DNA of 57,853 bases from Acidimicrobiia bacterium. Its GTDB lineage: Bacteria; Actinomycetota; Acidimicrobiia; Acidimicrobiales; CADCSY01. Each line of letters begins with the position of its first letter. The stretch's first letter is position 1. Both the position numbers and the translations under genes were made by a program. A model generated the notes under the pieces. The model saw only the letters and a program-made list of their open reading frames with translations. It was not told the DNA's origin and made no database searches. Of the stretch, positions 55,718 through 57,853 are shown piece after piece. Location of the stretch: positions 1 to 57,853 of the forward strand of contig JBFWQW010000008.1 in assembly GCA_050249235.1 (NCBI GenBank). The letters run 5' to 3'.

Positions 55718-56881
55718 ATGGCGCTCGAGATCCCGGCTTCCGGAGCCTGGCGCCCGGGCGACCACCCCGGGCGGCGCCGCTTCGCGCGCCTCGGCGGCGA
55801 CCGCCCGTTCGTGCTCGAGGGCGGGGGCGCCCTGCGCGACGTCACCATCGCCTACGAGACCTGGGGCGAGCTGTCGCCCGCCGCCGACAACGCCGTGCTC
55901 GTCTGCCACGCGCTGACCGGCGACAGCCACGCCGCCGGCGAGCTCGGACCCGGCCACCCGACCCCGGGATGGTGGGAGGGGATGATCGGCCCGGGCCGGG
56001 CCCTCGACACCGACCGCTGGTTCGTGGTCTGCGTCAACGTCCTCGGTGGATGCCAGGGCACGACCGGACCGGCCTCACCGCACCCCGACGACGGCCGGCC
56101 CTACGGCTCCCGCTACCCGGTCGTGACGATCCGGGACATGGTCCGCACCGAGGCGGTGGTGGCGAGCGACCTCGGCATCCGCCGGTGGCTGAGCGTGGTC
56201 GGCGGCTCGATGGGCGGCATGCAGGTGCTCGAGTGGGGCGTGATGTTCCCCGAGCGGGTCCGGTCGCTGGTGCCCATCGCCACCTGCCTGGCCGCCTCGG
56301 CCCAGCAGATCGCCTGGTGGAGCACCGGTCGCCGGGCCATCCGCATGGACCCGAAGTGGCGCAACGGCGACTACTACGACGCCGCGCCGGGTGACGGCCC
56401 GAGCGCCGGCCTGTCGATGGCCCGGATGATCTCCCAGATCACCTTCCGCTCCGACGACGTCTTCACCGACCGCTTCGGCCGCGAGGTCGTCGAGCCCATC
56501 GAGGGCTTCGAGCTCTGGCAGCGCTTCCAGGTCGAGCGCTACCTCGAGTACCACGGGGCCAAGCTGGCCCGGCGCTTCGACGCCAACTCCTACCTGCTCC
56601 TCACCAAGGCCATGGACCTGCACGACCTGGGCCGGGGCCGGGGTGGCATGGACGCGGCCGTGCGCCGCATCACCGCCCCTACGCTCGTCATGGGCGTGTC
56701 GAGCGACGTGCTCTACCCGAGCTACCAGCAGGAGACCATCGCCGGGGCGCTGCTCGGCAACGGCACGCCGGTGGAGTACGTCGAGATCGACAGCCCCCAC
56801 GGCCACGACGGCTTCCTGCTCGAGGACGACCAGGTCGGTGAGCCGCTGCGCCGCTTCCTCGTCGACGTGGAGAAGTCGTGA
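55718..56881 (+). CDS. metX: Homoserine O-acyltransferase MetX
   Basis: CHALTGDSH, NVLGGCQG, GGSMGG, FDANSY, HGHDGFL. Confidence 0.94.
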   Translation: MALEIPASGAWRPGDHPGRRRFARLGGDRPFVLEGGGALRDVTIAYETWGELSPAADNAVLVCHALTGDSHAAGELGPGHPTPGWWEGMIGPGRALDTDRWFVVCVNVLGGCQGTTGPASPHPDDGRPYGSRYPVVTIRDMVRTEAVVASDLGIRRWLSVVGGSMGGMQVLEWGVMFPERVRSLVPIATCLAASAQQIAWWSTGRRAIRMDPKWRNGDYYDAAPGDGPSAGLSMARMISQITFRSDDVFTDRFGREVVEPIEGFELWQRFQVERYLEYHGAKLARRFDANSYLLLTKAMDLHDLGRGRGGMDAAVRRITAPTLVMGVSSDVLYPSYQQETIAGALLGNGTPVEYVEIDSPHGHDGFLLEDDQVGEPLRRFLVDVEKS

Positions 56882-57853
56882 CGCCGCCGGGCGCCGATCC
56901 CGGCGACGAGGTGGGGGAGCAGCCCGAGACCACCGCGCTCACGGCCGGGCGGGGCTACCCGACCGAGTCGCTGGCCCCGCCCCTCTTCGTCAGCACCACC
57001 TACGGGGCCGGCTCGCTCGACGAGGCCAGGCGCCAGGCCCACACGCCCCGCTCGGACATGTTCTACGGCCGCTACGGCAACCCGACGGTCTCGGCCTTCG
57101 AGGAGGCCGTGGCCGCGCTGGAGGGTGCCGAGGCGGCCCAGGCCTTCGGCTCGGGGATGGGCGCCATCTCGTCGGTCGTGCTGGCGCTGTGCTCGGCCGG
57201 CGACCACGTGGTGGCCCAGCGCCAGCTCTACACCCACACCGCGATCCTCTTCCAGGCGGTGTGCCCCCGCCTCGGCATCGAGGTGACGCTCGTCGACGGC
57301 ACCGACGCCGACGCCATCGCCTCGGCCGTGCAGCCCGGCCGCACCCGGCTGGTGTTCGTCGAGACGCCGGCCAACCCGCTGTTCCAGCTCGTCGACCTCG
57401 ACGCGCTGGGCTCGATCACCGGGCCCCTCACGGTGTGCGACTCGACGTTCGCGACGCCCCTCGTGCAGCGGCCCCTCGACCACGGCATCGACCTGGTGGT
57501 GCACTCGGCCACCAAGGGCCTGTCGGGCCACAACGACGCCACCCTCGGGGTGGTGGCCGGCGAGCGGGAGCTGATCGAGGCCGTCTGGGGCTACCACACC
57601 ATCCACGGCGCCGTGGCGTCGCCGTTCGACGCGTGGAACGCCCTTCGGGGCATCCGCACCCTCGGCCCCCGCATCGAGTGGGCGTCGGGCACCGCGTCGC
57701 GGGTCGCCGAGCTGCTCGAGGACCACCCGGCGGTGGCCGCCGTCCACTACCCGGGGCTCGAGTCGCATCCCCAGCGCGACCTGGCCAAGCGCCAGATGCG
57801 GTCGGGCGGCACCCTCCTCAGCTTCGACCTGGCCGGCGGCATCGACGCCGGCC
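56878..57853 (+). CDS. Cys/Met metabolism PLP-dependent enzyme (MetB/MetZ-like), 3' truncated by window
   Basis: Own translation: FYGRYGNPT..EEAVAALEG..SGMGAI, VETPANP, DSTFATP, HSATKGLSGH, HYPGL; GTGA overlap with metX. Confidence 0.9.
   Translation, partial: MTPPGADPGDEVGEQPETTALTAGRGYPTESLAPPLFVSTTYGAGSLDEARRQAHTPRSDMFYGRYGNPTVSAFEEAVAALEGAEAAQAFGSGMGAISSVVLALCSAGDHVVAQRQLYTHTAILFQAVCPRLGIEVTLVDGTDADAIASAVQPGRTRLVFVETPANPLFQLVDLDALGSITGPLTVCDSTFATPLVQRPLDHGIDLVVHSATKGLSGHNDATLGVVAGERELIEAVWGYHTIHGAVASPFDAWNALRGIRTLGPRIEWASGTASRVAELLEDHPAVAAVHYPGLESHPQRDLAKRQMRSGGTLLSFDLAGGIDAG

Overview
Very GC-rich actinobacterial chromosomal segment (gene order and protein types suggest Acidimicrobiia; inferred). 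It is mostly + strand housekeeping: infB(3' end)-rbfA-truB-ribF-rpsO-pnp-M16 peptidase-dapB, then a ~9 kb accessory block (putA, DUF885, membrane protein, diiron ferritin-like protein, DUF222-HNH, wHTH protein), then dapA-rnj-ftsK-hydrolase-rimO-pgsA-cinA-nitroreductase-msrB-recA-spoVS-miaB-miaA-dapF-hflX-dapC-dapD-dapE, divergent lexA / LysM division inhibitor, nrdR-nrdJ, several small accessory genes, corA, a group-2-like sigma70, M23 peptidase, prfC, serine hydrolase, a degenerate SpoIIE-HATPase fusion, DEAD-box helicase, an orphan adenine methyltransferase, metX and a partial Cys/Met PLP enzyme. Regulatory signals can be read directly: six LexA boxes, a PafBC/RecA-NDp-type promoter, NrdR boxes, a pnp leader stem and many leaderless promoters. 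The most unusual locus is a DUF222-HNH gene with an SOS box over its start codon, next to a ladder of 9-nt and 6-nt tandem repeats. The window also has dispersed REP-like palindromes, a 44-bp double-hairpin array and tandem duplications covering stop codons. No tRNA, rRNA, CRISPR array or transposase was seen. Many start codons were moved from the ORF track using RBS or -10 evidence and are inferences.
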